This document shows positions 13,468 to 31,078 of a DNA stretch of 64,000 nucleotides, one piece after another. How positions within the stretch are numbered: the first letter of the stretch is position 1; each line of letters begins with the position of its first letter. The notes beneath the pieces were generated by a model. It was not told the DNA's origin, made no database searches, and saw only the letters and a list, made by a program, of their open reading frames with translations. This stretch comes from Eledone cirrhosa (taxonomy: Eukaryota): NCBI GenBank assembly GCA_964016885.1, contig OZ024744.1, positions 121,644,001 through 121,708,000 on the forward strand. Reading direction: 5' to 3'. The position numbers and the translations under genes are program-made.

Positions 13468-14470
13468 ATAGATATGTTTCTATTTATTGCCACGTGGACG
13501 CAAAAGAAGGGGACAAATACAAAGGGGGGAGTTTACACAAAAGAACGAGTAAAAAAAAACAAATAACAATTATAAAATTAACAATAAAGTCCTCAATAGG
13601 GAGGAGGCGTTTTAAGGGGTCGCACACACCCCCTAAAAAGTGTGCAAACCTTCTCCTCATGAGCACAGAGAGAGGGTGCTCTCGTGTTCTTCCATCTTTT
13701 TCACCTACAGGTTGATAGAGAGAAGGCCCATTCACACGTGCCATTCTCGTCACTTTCACCCACCTTTCATAAAACTGGCTGGGGTGGAGCACCTCTCTCT
13801 CCATCCTGATCCTTCTTCCGAAATGATATCGGAAGAAAAGGACCAGTTGTTGGCCAGAGAGAAAGGTGTCTGACCTCAGTCCTTTCAAACGCGGCAACCA
13901 TACAACCTCTTTCGCCATGGCTATTACGCACAGAAACACCGCCTCTCCTTCATTTTTGAAGGGGGAGGTGGCTTGATCGTTATAATGGACTCGGTGGTCA
14001 ACCGGATAGGTCCCACCTGTGACAGCAGTCGTTCGACATAGCCCCACAGATCGGCGACGTCCGGGCAGTGTACCAATGCATGCGCGACGGGTTTCCTCGT
14101 CGCGCACGCATCTGGGACAGATCTTTTTCGAGGAGTCCCACCCGGGCGCCTGTGTCTGTAGAGCTTTTCTCGAACGGGCAGAGCCCCTCGGTAGCATTGT
14201 CAGGCCAGGGACCTCTGGAAGTTGTCCATGGGTCCCGTGCTAAATGTCCTACCGAACAGGCTGGCCAGTTCGTCTTCCTCCATGACTAGGGCTTCTCCGA
14301 GGGCGTCGTCGCACCTGCTGCGTACCAGCCCTCTATAGAATGTTGAGGTGGAGTCTCCACTGATAGCCGGGTCCACCTGCCAGAGAGCCGTGAGCGCCTG
14401 GGCACACTCGGTGCGCCAGGCGCCCAGTTTTCTCGGTCTTTGCTTGACCCAGGATTGCAGCTCGGTGAGT
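13468..14470 (-). mobile_element. L1/Tx1 ORF2 3' end fragment lodged between the two PLE arms
   Basis: Minus translation FQRSLAWQCYRGALPVREKLYRH..ICPRC..EET and AMAKEVVW..R (zf-RVT region). T-rich 3' UTR with AATAAA at about 13483-13488. Confidence 0.75.
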
Positions 14471-15490
14471 GAGACGAGTGTCGGAAAGGTTCGGTGACAG
14501 AAAATGCAACTGTCGTGACAGGGGAGGCTGCCATCTCAGGGGAAACTGCCTGACTGATAATGTTATTTATAGGTGCACCATAACTAGCCATAATAGAGTT
14601 AAACACTATATAGGAGCCACCTCTGGCCAGTTCAAAACTAGATTTAGAACACATATCCACTCTTTCAGGAACAAAAAACTAAGGCACTCCACGTCACTTG
14701 CCAATTACGAGACTACATTAAAAGACGCCAACATCAGCTTCTCCACACACTGGGATACTGTCGGTAGGGCTGCACCCGACAATTTCAAGAGGAAGTGCGA
14801 GCTTTGCTTCACGGAGCTTTACTACATCATAAGAACACCCCTTGAACTCATAAACAGCAGTTAGTAAAAAAACTGCAGGCTCCGAATACAGGTGTCTTAT
14901 TTCGGGTGGAAACCGACTGTGGCATGAAAACTATAAACTGATTCCCCCTGCCAAAACCATAACACTCCGGTGGGCAGGCGGCGCAAACAAACATCTGTGA
15001 ACTAAATATGCATCCCAGACCCGGCTCGAACCGGCATTAGTAAAGCAACACACACAAAATAACGCAAAACACATGTGAACGAGTAAAAAGCAGTGGGGGG
15101 AAATTATTCAAGCACCGGCTGGAGTTACTCCCCTTGCTCTGTGGCAATAACAGCACATGTATTTAAACGAAGAATGAACTCTGATGTAAATTTAAACTTA
15201 AAACCCATTCTCTCTCGCGTACAGATCATTTTTTTGTTTTCTATGCCTGAGAAGCCCTTTTTGGGCGAAACGTACATAGGTGCATTGTTATATAAACATG
15301 TTTTAACGGTATATACTCCTTGTATTCATTTCTTTTGTAACCGCTCTACTTATATTCTCGCCCACTAAATATTAACGCTTCTAATATTTAACCCCGTAGG
15401 GACAGGTATTGAGCACGTATGCACAAACTATTGGCAACTAAATATATGTATCGCTTATCTCTTCTTTTTTCTCTCTCTCGATACTTAAAC
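14470..15490 (+). mobile_element. PLE 3' fragment (GIY-YIG + pLTR with HHR at 15241-15279), right arm
   Basis: CNCRDRGGCHL.GNCL..NVIY..YIGAT..FKTRF..H..SF..CELCFTE; HHR CTATG - c - CTGAGAA - GCCC..GGGC - GAAA - CG - TA - CATAG. Confidence 0.85.
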
Positions 15491-15545
15491 ATTCTATGTA
15501 TGTATATATGTATGTATATATGTATGTAAACATTCTATGTATGTA

Positions 15546-15596
<51 letters not shown>

Positions 15597-15699
15597 ATAT
15601 ATATGTATGTATACATACGTATATATATGTATATATATGTATATATGAAGCAGGAAAAATGCAGGTTTTCACCTAATGTGGGCCCTAGGCCATAAAAAA

Positions 15700-15971
15700 G
15701 TTGGATTTTCCCCCTATACATACATATAGTAAAAATTTTAATAGAAATACTATTAAAATTTCTTACTCTACGACTCCTAACCTTGCACATAACATCACAG
15801 CTTCTAATTTAGCTAAACTACCTAGCCGTAGGAACACGTGCAACCCTGTAGTTAGTACTAACTGTAATTGTAGGAATCGGGTTGATTGCCCCCTATCCGG
15901 GAAATGCATCTCTAGTAACATTGTCTACATATGTAAGGTTGAAATACCCACGTCCCGTAGGGCCTACATAG

Positions 15972-15972
<1 letters not shown>
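15700..15972 (+). pseudogene. PLE linker/GIY-YIG fragment (same family as 17528-18710)
   Basis: [38 protein letters not shown], near-identical to 17790-18055. Confidence 0.85.
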
Positions 15973-18740
<2,768 letters not shown>

Positions 18741-18814
18741 GTATATATATATGTATATATATATATATGTATATATATATGTATATATATATGTATATAT
18801 GTATATATATATAT

Positions 18815-18926
18815 ATTAATTTTGGCAATATTATTACACAAATTTGACCCTCCCCAAGTATAACAATATTTGTTTCGACACACGATTTCATATCAAAAAC
18901 CTCGCAAAACTAATTCATCGCCGTTA
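18815..18926 (+). mobile_element. 3' tail fragment of the large PLE family (30564-37457)
   Basis: Matches 37405-37457, 47015-47130 and the reverse complement of 30566-30670. Confidence 0.8.
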
Positions 18927-18967
18927 TATATATATATATATATATACATATATATATACATATATAC

Positions 18968-19567
18968 ATGGTGGCTGCCAACTCGTTTTCGAGTACGGCC
19001 ATTACTTTATATCCATGTAGGAGAACCCCTACCGAAGCGATGAACGAGTGTGACTTTTTAGTCCAGCCAGCGACTTGAAAACTCTGGTACAAACACTACA
19101 CTTGTGACAATTATTGACACATAGTGCTGGGCCCATGGTACCATGTGAGGACAAGTGCAGAGAGATCTCCAGATATAAAGCAATGCCTGTGCCGTGAAGC
19201 TTTTATAGGGAGCAAAGGCACTGCACAAAGCCAGTCCCAGTCTCTTAACCAAGATGATATTTACCAAAAAGAAGAACAAGTCAACATCATTGGATACCAT
19301 CAGGGTTGCAGGTGTTATATCAGAGTTTTCCTTCTCCTAGAATTCTGCCTTGACAAAGGCTAAGGGGTCATCTCTCCCGGTGATTTTGGATGGCCATTGA
19401 CTCTTAAGAGCTCCTTTGCCCTTGGATAGGTTTTGTTTTTAGTCCTGCAGGATGTCCAAAGTCACCCTCCTCACCAAGAAACCTTGGTGGGGTTGCCAAT
19501 TTAGTCGCCAACGACCCGACCATGTACTGGGATACATGTTACCAGTAGCACCAACTGGTGACCTGAC
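18968..19567 (-). mobile_element. Internally deleted non-autonomous RTE derivative (5' UTR fused to 3' end)
   Basis: Minus strand has an RTE-5'UTR-like CTAGGAGAAGGAAAACTCTGA motif, then a terminal C2H2-like finger [17 protein letters not shown]. No RT in between. Confidence 0.6.
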
Positions 19568-19583
19568 ATATATACATACATAT

Positions 19584-19626
<43 letters not shown>

Positions 19627-19639
19627 TATATACATACAT

Positions 19640-19976
19640 ATCATCATCATTATTTTACGTCCGCTTTTCCCTGCTTGCAAGGGTGGGACGGGCACTGATT
19701 CTGGCTTAATTTCTACAGCTGGATGCCCTTCCTAACACCAACCTCATTTACAGTGAGTGCTGGGTGCTTTTATTGCTGTGGCACCTCCACGAACACTTTG
19801 CAGTGGAATGATATGGACCCCGGTCCCTATCATCTCATTTCTACAGCTGAGTAAACTGGAGCAATGTGAAATAAAGTGTCTTGCTCAAGGAAACAACACA
19901 TCACCCTGTCTGAGAATTGAACTCACAACCTTTCGATTGCAAGGCCAATGCTCTAACCACTAAGCCATGTGCCTCC
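19640..19976 (-). mobile_element. tRNA-derived SINE with CORE-like centre and RTE 3' tail
   Basis: A box TGGCTTAGTGG, B box GAGTTCAATTC, CORE-like CCTTGAGCAAGACACTTTA. Tail CCCACCCTTGCAAGCAGGGAAAAGCGGACGTAAAA(TGA)n is identical to the RTE end at 6724-6760. Confidence 0.85.
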
Positions 19977-20078
19977 ATATATATATATACATATATACAT
20001 ATATACATATATATATACATACATATATATATATACCTATATATATATATACATATATATATATATACATATATATAT

Positions 20079-20153
<75 letters not shown>

Positions 20154-20190
20154 TATACACATACATACATATATATATATATATACATAC

Positions 20191-20223
<33 letters not shown>

Positions 20224-20230
20224 CATATAT

Positions 20231-20643
20231 ATGGTGGCTGCCAACTCGTTTTCGAGTACGGCCACTACTTTATATCCAAGTAGGAGAACCCCTACCGATG
20301 CGCTGAACGAATGTGACTTTTTAGTCCAGCCAGCGACTTGAAAACTCTGGTACAAAGACTACACTTGTGACCATTATTGACACATAGTGCAGGGGCCATG
20401 GTACCATGTGATGACAAGTGCAGAGAGATCTCCAGATATAAAGAAATGCCTGTGCTGTGAAGCTTTTATAGTGAGCAAAGGCACTGCACAAAGTCAGTCC
20501 CACTCTCTTAACCAAGATGATATTTACCAAAAAGAAGAACAAGTCAACATCATTGGATACCGTCAGGGTTGCAGGTGTTATATCAGAGTTTTCCTTCTCC
20601 TAGAATTCTGCCTTGACAAAGGCTAAGGGGTCATCTCTCCCGG
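20231..20643 (-). mobile_element. 5'-truncated second copy of the non-autonomous RTE derivative
   Basis: Direct repeat of 18968-19380. Confidence 0.75.
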
Positions 20644-20760
20644 ATACATATATATACATTTATATATACATACATATATATATACATATATATATATACA
20701 TACATATATATATACATATATATATATACATATATATATATACATATATATATACATATT

Positions 20761-21404
20761 TTAATGAAATGACAGGAGGCTGGATTTGTGTAAATCCTTG
20801 AAAGGTTTATTATACTATGATCATTTCAATGACCGGGTTCCGTATGACTCCGGTGATATCATCAGGTATTCGAAATATAATACGTGAATGTAATAGATAA
20901 AATCCATGGGGCTGAAAATCTTCTTCTTCCTTCCCCCTTCTTCTCTCTCCTTCGTTTCTTTCTTTTGTCTTGTAACTTATGTTCCCATCCCTTTCTGTTT
21001 TCGTTTATCTGACCGGTAGTAGCACACTGTAAACTTTAGCCACGTCTCTCGAGGGCGACCGGCTAAGGTAGAGGGTGCAAGATAGCGGTCGCCCTCGGGT
21101 CCTCGATTTTCAGCCCCATGGATTTTATCTATTACATTCACGTATTATATTTCGAATACCTGATGATATCACCGGAGTCATACGAAACCCGGTCATTGAA
21201 ATGATCATAGTATAATAAACCTTTCAAGGATTTACACAAATCCAGCCTCCTGTCATTTCATTATAATATTTAACTCCGTAATAGCACCACCAACTACAAA
21301 AACAAAGACGGTTGAACTGCTTTACGTTGAGTACTCTCTATATTATTACATTACGATTGACCATACGGAATAGACCAGCTCTATACAGTGGTGAACCTCA
21401 AACC

Positions 21405-21409
<5 letters not shown>
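20761..21409. mobile_element. Foldback of non-coding pLTR family B with HHR on both arms
   Basis: 20762-20920 is the reverse complement of 21105-21265. Family recurs at 42182-45523 and 49567-49886. Confidence 0.88.
21156..21213 (+). ncRNA. Hammerhead ribozyme (family B); further copies 20812-20872(-), 42234-42292(-), 43089-43146(+), 45270-45327(+), 49620-49678(-)
   Basis: ATAC - CTGATGA - TATCACCGG..CCGGTCATT - GAAA - TGATCA - TA - GTAT; stem III palindrome ATGATCAT. Confidence 0.8.
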
Positions 21410-21442
<33 letters not shown>

Positions 21443-21706
21443 TATATACATATATATATATACATATATATATACATATATATATACATATATACATATA
21501 TATATATACATATATATATACATATATATATATGTATATACATATATATATACATATATATAAACATATATACATATATATAAACATATATACATAATAT
21601 ATATATATACATATATATATATATTTACATATATATTTATATATACATATATATATACATAGATATATATATATATACATATATTTATATATAGAGATAT
21701 ATATAT

Positions 21707-21765
<59 letters not shown>

Positions 21766-21770
21766 TACAC

Positions 21771-24650
21771 ATGTCCTTCATTTACGTAGATACCAAGTCT
21801 AATCACCCTAGATCAATATTAAACTCTATCTCTAAGGGAGTATCCAATAGAATCTCTAGCCTGTCCTATGACGCAAACATATTTAGCAAAAACTCACAAT
21901 ATTACAATCAAGCATTAGCTAGATCCGGCCACAATATAGAAATTGAGTTCCTACCTAAGAAAATACATAGCTACAACATCATCTCGCACAACATGTCCAT
22001 GAGGAAACCTAATAATAGGAATAGCAACCACAAGTACACCAAAGCGGAGGGTGCCACCGGAAGTAACTATTATCACGGAAACTACTGTGGTGCCTTAGGA
22101 AGAAACAACACACCAAACACTAAAAACAAAAATAGAAGAAGAAATAATACATTTTTCGACCCTCCTTTCAACCTAAATGTCTCCACCAACATACCTAGGG
22201 CTTTCTTCTCACTACTAGATAAAAACTTCCCTCTGGGACACAAGCACCACAACCTTTTAAACAAAAACACTATTAAAATCTCATACTCTACGACGCCTAA
22301 CTTAGCATACCACATAGCTAGCAGCAATAAAAGTAAAATTAATTCTTACTTCCAACAAACGAAATCACAACAGGATGTAAACCTTCTAAATACCTTTGTA
22401 GCAAGCAACCATAGTAACGGCAGTAACAATACAAATAACACTAGTATAAGAAATAACACCGGGGTTGACAACCCGAATGTCCAAAATCCTATAGCTACCA
22501 CCCAGACTTCTGCACTGCATTATAACCAGCAGACTAACACACAGGATAATTGTAACTGTAGAGCTAATAGAACCTGCCCTTTAGATAAAAAAATGCCTAA
22601 CCAAGGATATCATATACTCATGCACCGTCACAACTAGCAACTCTTCAGAAACCTATGTAGGCTCCACTTCTAACTGCTTCAAAATCAGATATAATTCGCA
22701 CATTCACTCGTTCAAAAAGCACAGTCTAGCCAACTCCACCTCACTATCTAGCTACATACACTATCTAAAAACTAAAAATAAACCTTACACACTCAAATGG
22801 GAAGTGATAGGTAGCGCGACTTCGTACAAACCACCTAATAAATTTTGTAACCTCTGTATACTAGAGACCCACAATATTATCTTCTCTAACCGTAACCTAC
22901 TTAACAAAAAATCTGAAGTGTTTGCAACTTGCCAGCACCGCTTCAGACATTCCTTCCAAAACTTTAAGCCCAATATATAGCAATGTCGGACTTGAACCAA
23001 ACACCACCTCTAGCATCAAACACCAGGGGCATACCTTATACCACATACCCAACACTAACTGATCTAATATAACACAAACAGCGACATCCTTCTAGAACCC
23101 TTCGCAGGGCGAATACCCATTTATACCTCTACGTTAGGTGTGACAACATCCACCCACTTGAACTGCACTACGCCGCTCTATAGGTAATTTAAGCATGAAT
23201 TGATTGGCTTGTTAGTGTTGTGCGGAGGAAGTGCCTTCCTTGGACAGATGAAAAACGATTTAATCTAGTAACGCTGAGTGCAGAGAATGAATGTATTGCA
23301 ACTGGCGTACGGGTTGTACATATATGGATGATTTGATGGTCAGAGTGGGGTCATGAGGACTGCGGATTGACCTCTGGTCGGCCCTGGTGATGATTATCTT
23401 TCGACATCCAATGTAGCAAGCGATGACCCAGAACTTACCAGAGATCATTGTGTGTTGAAGTGATTCTGCAATCACCACGCCTGGTCCTATGAGTAGACTA
23501 CAACCACAGAGATCATTAATTTAGAATCCTCGCTCATCGTCTATAATATTCATTTGTGGCACTCTACGATGGGGGTTAATTCACCATAATAATACGAACA
23601 CCTTCAGCACAACTTAATAGACTACTCTATAGTTAAAACACTTTATGCTTTAGAAAATTTTTTAGAAGTTGCGCATAACCATAGAAATTAGGGTCTATTT
23701 TGAGACACATTTCAATAGTTAGTAATAGAAACCTCGGAGTTACCTCCCTCATGCATTAATTCCCCTTAGCCACACACACACTTCCGGGTAGTATTCAATG
23801 TCGATTCTCGAAACGTAACATCCTCCTGTATTGAACTAAAGAACATCAGACTACGATTCTCTAACTGGATTGTCAAACGCTCAATATCGAATTGTGGATT
23901 ATATGGGGGGCATATAATCTGAAAAATACACTCCCCTGACTATAAAAATGTCGAAGTACATGAAGTCCATAACATCCCTTCCCTGTGCATTTCCAATATT
24001 TTAAATATTTTTAATGCTTGCACTATTTTTAATGCTTATATCATTTCTCCACACACAGACTATAACAATCATATAAAGAATTTGCCACCAGATCAACCAA
24101 CCTAACATTCTTGTTTACCTACCTAAGTGCTTCTACTACACGTAACTCTCTGCCACACTATATAAACAAGACGCACGTGCTTGCCACACATATAACATTT
24201 GCACTATATAACCGCTTATTTTCATGTTGTATTTTAACCTGTATTTTTGATTGTATTTTTAATATGAATGTAATCTCTGTGAACTGCCACTCTAAATGCT
24301 GTAATGAATGTTGACCCACAATATTTGCATATGTATCTGTATGTCTCTTGGGTGAAAAGGAGGTCATATAAGTGTTCATTCATTAATAAATTGCTCCGAA
24401 GAATCCAAACCTCGGTTTGGAGGAAACAGTTGTAAGCACAAAAATGTTTTGAACAGTTCTTTGATTCTTATATTTCATATAACTGCTCTGTAAAGCATCT
24501 GATGTTTTTACATTGAGCTACTTAACTTACTGGTAATAAGGTAGTAATATATTACTGTCTACCACTATTTAGGGTTTGTATAAAAAAATATATATAACTG
24601 CAAAAGGTTTTTGTATTTACATAACCATAAATAGTATAATTAATACTATA
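21771..24650 (+). mobile_element. RT-less PLE fragment: thumb/linker + GIY-YIG (21771-22980, frameshift about 22590), long 3' UTR, pLTR
   Basis: [48 protein letters not shown], then YVGST..FK.RY..H..SF..CNLCILE..CQHR. Confidence 0.85.
24392..24438 (+). ncRNA. Hammerhead ribozyme (U4C variant) in the pLTR of the preceding PLE
   Basis: TGCT - CCGAAGA - aTCCAAACC tc GGTTTGGAg - GAAA - CAGTTG - TA - AGCA. Confidence 0.7.
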
Positions 24651-24667
24651 TATATTTATATATATAT

Positions 24668-25157
24668 CATCATCATCATCATCATCATTATCATCGTTTA
24701 ACGTCCATATTCCACTCTTGCATGGGTTTGGACGCGAGTTTTCCCACTTGAGGCAAGAGTGGTTGTCTTGCTCGCATAGGACTGTCTGGCGGGTTTTCTA
24801 CGGCTGGATGCCCTTCCTAACACCAACCACATTTACAGTGTGGGTCTGGGAGGTTTTTACCGTGTTGCCTACACGGCCACATTACAGCGTGGACTGTGTG
24901 TTTTTTGTCGTGACACCTACACGACCTCATTTGTTTCGGCCTGGATGTTGTGGCACCAACATAGCTTTACATTGAAAGGGGCGGTGTGGATGAGACGGGG
25001 GTGGTGGGACGGGGGTGTATTTTGTTAGAGGTGCCTACTGACTGTAGTAGGTTTCTCTTTGTACTTAGGTAAGGCGAGTTTTCTCTATGACTGTGGAGCG
25101 CCAAAGATCTCGGTCCAGTGACATTGTCTTGGAGAGGTGTAAGTGTGTGAGGTCGGA
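24668..25157 (-). mobile_element. 3' end of a second RTE family with long 3' UTR and (GAT)n tail
   Basis: Minus translation DLTHLHLSKTMSLDRDLWRSTVIEKTRLT* parallels the RTE C-terminus at 6645-6730. Ends GGACGTTAAAC(GAT)n. Confidence 0.7.
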
Positions 25158-25192
25158 TATATATATATACACATATATATATATACACACAC

Positions 25193-25245
<53 letters not shown>

Positions 25246-25397
25246 CACGTAAAATTTGTAAATCAGTGGCTAGCTGAGAGTTAGAGTCCTATCGGTTGCC
25301 AGTTGCTAATCGCTTTACCGTGTCGGTTGTCACAAACAGTCATGACCGGCATGGGCTGGGGTTTGGATTCTGTCGATTGGTTATTGTTTAGGCGATA

Positions 25398-25507
25398 CCC
25401 GCTGATGAAGCCGCATAAGCCGATTGTGCATTGTTGCATAATATATGCAGACAGATGGTGCAGTGCACCTTACTGCTGCATTAGTGCGGCAGAAACTCGA
25501 ATCCGGG
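25398..25507 (+). ncRNA. Hammerhead ribozyme with about 85 nt stem II insertion (pLTR 25243-25655)
   Basis: CCCG - CTGATGA - aGCCGCATAA...TTAGTGCGGCa - GAAA - CTCGAA - TC - CGGG. Confidence 0.7.
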
Positions 25508-25664
25508 GACCTTATAGGCACCCGTTTTACGTGTGTTGTGTTGAGGCAAATAACTATGTGTATACTCTGGTAGTGTATCTTACATTACCCATTGAGTGCT
25601 CTGAGATACAACCGGTACTGGCATTGATAAATATGCTGGGTCCATCAACCATTATTATATACAC

Positions 25665-26641
<977 letters not shown>

Positions 26642-26682
26642 TAAACATATATATACACATATATATATATACATATATACAC

Positions 26683-26744
<62 letters not shown>

Positions 26745-26746
<2 letters not shown>

Positions 26747-26950
26747 TATGAAGAGAGAAGAAACATTTAGATATAATTAGTAATAAAATGTATCATACCT
26801 AAACTGTTCCTAAATTCCTCGACTACGTAGTTTCGTGGCATAAACAAAAACAATATATCAAAGATATAGAGTCCTTGCGAGGTCTGCCGACTTATCAAGA
26901 GGATACCTCATTTTACTAGTCTCAAGAACGCGTCTACACGACGTGAGAAA
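26745..26950 (-). mobile_element. Inverted pLTR of the 590-nt family with HHR (26816-26905)
   Basis: Reverse complement of about 29653-29860. Confidence 0.85.
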
Positions 26951-27007
26951 TATATATATATATATATATATACATATATACATATATATATATATGAATG
27001 TATATAT

Positions 27008-27297
27008 AGTGTATTTTGCAATACACTGTATGCTTAATTAAAAGCATTTCGAAGACCTTATGCTATTGTTTTAGAGTAGTGACAGACTCAGTTACTTTAA
27101 TTTCAGCAAACAGGCGGAGATAAAGCTGACAAGGCCTTGTTTCGCATTTATTGATGTTTATCAAAGCCTGTTTGCTGAAATCATGGATGTTTGGTTCTTA
27201 TAGAATTCTAGTAAATAATCAGGAACTGATTATACAGAAAGTGAGTCTGTCACCACTCTAAAACAATAGCATAAGGTCTTCGAAATGCTTTTAATTA
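27008..27297. mobile_element. Diverged mini foldback of the 318-nt family
   Basis: 27008-27237 resembles 25943-26180. 27241-27297 is the reverse complement of 27035-27090. Confidence 0.75.
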
Positions 27298-27307
27298 TAT
27301 ATATATA

Positions 27308-28060
27308 CAAATTACTGGTGAAACATATCTTTGGATTTGTACGTGTGTTATATAGTTATAAAGGTATTTATTTACGCTTTAATTTATATTTTTAATTATC
27401 GTGTCTATTGTCTACCTTTCATAGGATATAGTTTCCATACACTGGTGGTTCTTTTCCCTGGTTTATTGATAGCGCACTGTATATATCTCTGTGGAGTGTT
27501 ACCTTTTCAACATATTGTATTTTAAAGAGCTCAGGATTTCTTTTCCTTTGAGCACATTATTTACAGGGAATAGCGAGGGCCTATGGCTCCGTTAATTTAT
27601 CGTGATATTTCGCTCCTTATAACAGTCTCTCCTATCTCTCTGTTTAGTTGAGCACACTTCTCTGAGTGGCTTTGGGCTGCCCTTTCTAGCAGTTCGTCCC
27701 TTAGAGGCCACTGGTTCACTCCCCTTAAACACGCTGTGACTTCTCTCTCCCACGTGTAGCTGGACAGTCACTTTTAAAATTCTCTTAGTGTTGTCTGAAA
27801 TGTATAGCCTTACACACGCTGATGAACCGAAGTTGATCCATTTCTTTCAACAAATTACTGGTGAAACATATCTTTGGATTTGTGCGTGTGTTATATAGTT
27901 ATAAAGGTATTTATTTACGCTTTAATTTATATTTTTAATTACCGTGTCTATAGTCTGCCTTTCATAGGTTATAGATTCCATACACTGGTGGTTCTTTTCC
28001 CTGTTTTATTGATAGCGCACTGTATATCTCTCTCTGGTGAGTTACCTTTTCAATATATAC
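27308..28060 (+). mobile_element. Retrozyme-like tandem, 543-nt unit (about 1.4 copies) with HHR at 27815-27878
   Basis: CAAATTACTGGTGAAACATATC at 27308 and 27851; CTGATGA - ACC...GGT - GAAA - CATA - TC. No ORF. Confidence 0.72.
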
Positions 28061-28082
28061 CTATATATATATACATATATAT

Positions 28083-28280
28083 ATAGTAATAATAATAAAT
28101 TTGAAAACTAAAATCCAAAGAGGGCTCGATAAGGATAAATATATATCAGATATATAAGAACAGTAGAGCAAATATTTATGAAAATAACAGATTAAAGTTT
28201 CACCCTTAACGGGATCTTCTGAAGATCCCGTTAAGGGTGAAAGCAGCGATTCTTTGCTTAAACTTCAATCTGTTATTTTA

Positions 28281-28288
<8 letters not shown>
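28083..28288. mobile_element. Mini foldback of PLE family F 3' ends
   Basis: Centre CACCCTTAACGGGATCTTC t GAAGATCCCGTTAAGGGTG. Arms match 18555-18710. Confidence 0.85.
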
Positions 28289-28339
<51 letters not shown>

Positions 28340-28340
<1 letters not shown>

Positions 28341-28546
28341 GTTAATCCGGGTTGAATCGGAGGTAACCACAGTAAGTAAGGTACTCAATACATAGCAGAG
28401 TATAACAGTTTTAATATAGATGAGATTCTACAGGACTAGAACTGTTTCATTCATTTGAAATCATCAGGAATCTGATGATTTCAAATGAATGAAACAGTTC
28501 TAGTCCTGTAGAATTTCATCTATATTAAAACTGTTATACTCTGCTA
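28340..28546. mobile_element. Mini foldback with back-to-back hammerhead cores
   Basis: 28392-28467 is the reverse complement of 28472-28547. Each arm starts at CTGATGA - TTTCA aa TGAAT - GAAA - CAGT - TC. Confidence 0.8.
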
Positions 28547-28565
28547 TATATATATATATATATAT

Positions 28566-28842
<277 letters not shown>

Positions 28843-28879
28843 AAGGTTAAACAAGGTTCGATGAATAAATCAAAGAATG

Positions 28880-29206
28880 AATATACATATGTATATATAC
28901 ATATATATATATATACACATATACATATATATATACATATACATATATATATATACATATATATATATACATATATATATATAGATATACATATATATAT
29001 ACATATACATATATATATACATATACATATATATACATATACATATATATATATATACATATATATAAATATACATATATATATACATATATATACATAT
29101 ATATATATACATATATATATATACATATATATATACATATATATATACACATATATATATACACATATATATACACATATATATATACACATATATATAT
29201 ATACAC

Positions 29207-29259
<53 letters not shown>

Positions 29260-29272
29260 CATTTATATATAC

Positions 29273-29321
<49 letters not shown>

Positions 29322-29462
29322 CACATATATATATACATATATATATATATACATATATATATACATATATATACATATATATATTTATATACATATATAT
29401 ACACATATATATACACATATATATATACATAGACATATAAATACATATTTATATATATATAC

Positions 29463-29529
<67 letters not shown>

Positions 29530-29540
29530 AATATATATAT
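28880..29540. repeat. Compound (TA)n/(TATACA)n microsatellite
   Basis: About 660 bp of degenerate TA/CA repeat. Confidence 0.95.
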
Positions 29541-30564
<1,024 letters not shown>

Positions 30565-31078
30565 GCGGCGATGAATTAGTTTTGCGAGGTATTTTATATG
30601 AAATCGTGTGTCGAAACAAATATTGTTATACTTGGGGAGGGTTAAATTTGTGTAATATTGCCAGAATTAATAACAGAACACACTCACTGTCTGGTTGGTT
30701 TTCGCTTCTCGCTTTTGTGTCTTTTATATCGGTAATCTAACTTACTCGGTCCTCAATGTTGCCATTGACTGACCGAAGGTCAAAAATAATACAGATACAT
30801 TATAGACACAAACGCATATATATAGTTTATCATAAATCTTTCGTTGCACATCTGAAACATCGTCAGTGGTGTTATATTTTCTTCCTCTTCAGTCTGTCTA
30901 TATATTTATTTTTTAATTTGCTTGTTTGTTTATTTTATTTTGTCTTCTTTGCGCATGCGTTTGCGTGTGTGTATAGTGTTTTGTTTGCTGTGTGATGGGT
31001 GACTAGTGTGTGTTTATGTGCTTGTTGTTATTGTGCTTGTGTATGTATTTATTTATTTATTTTATTTTATTTACTTAT

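Noticed and set aside
19905-19976. tRNA gene
   Set aside because: A/B boxes are present but run directly into SINE core and LINE tail, and no clean acceptor stem is seen.
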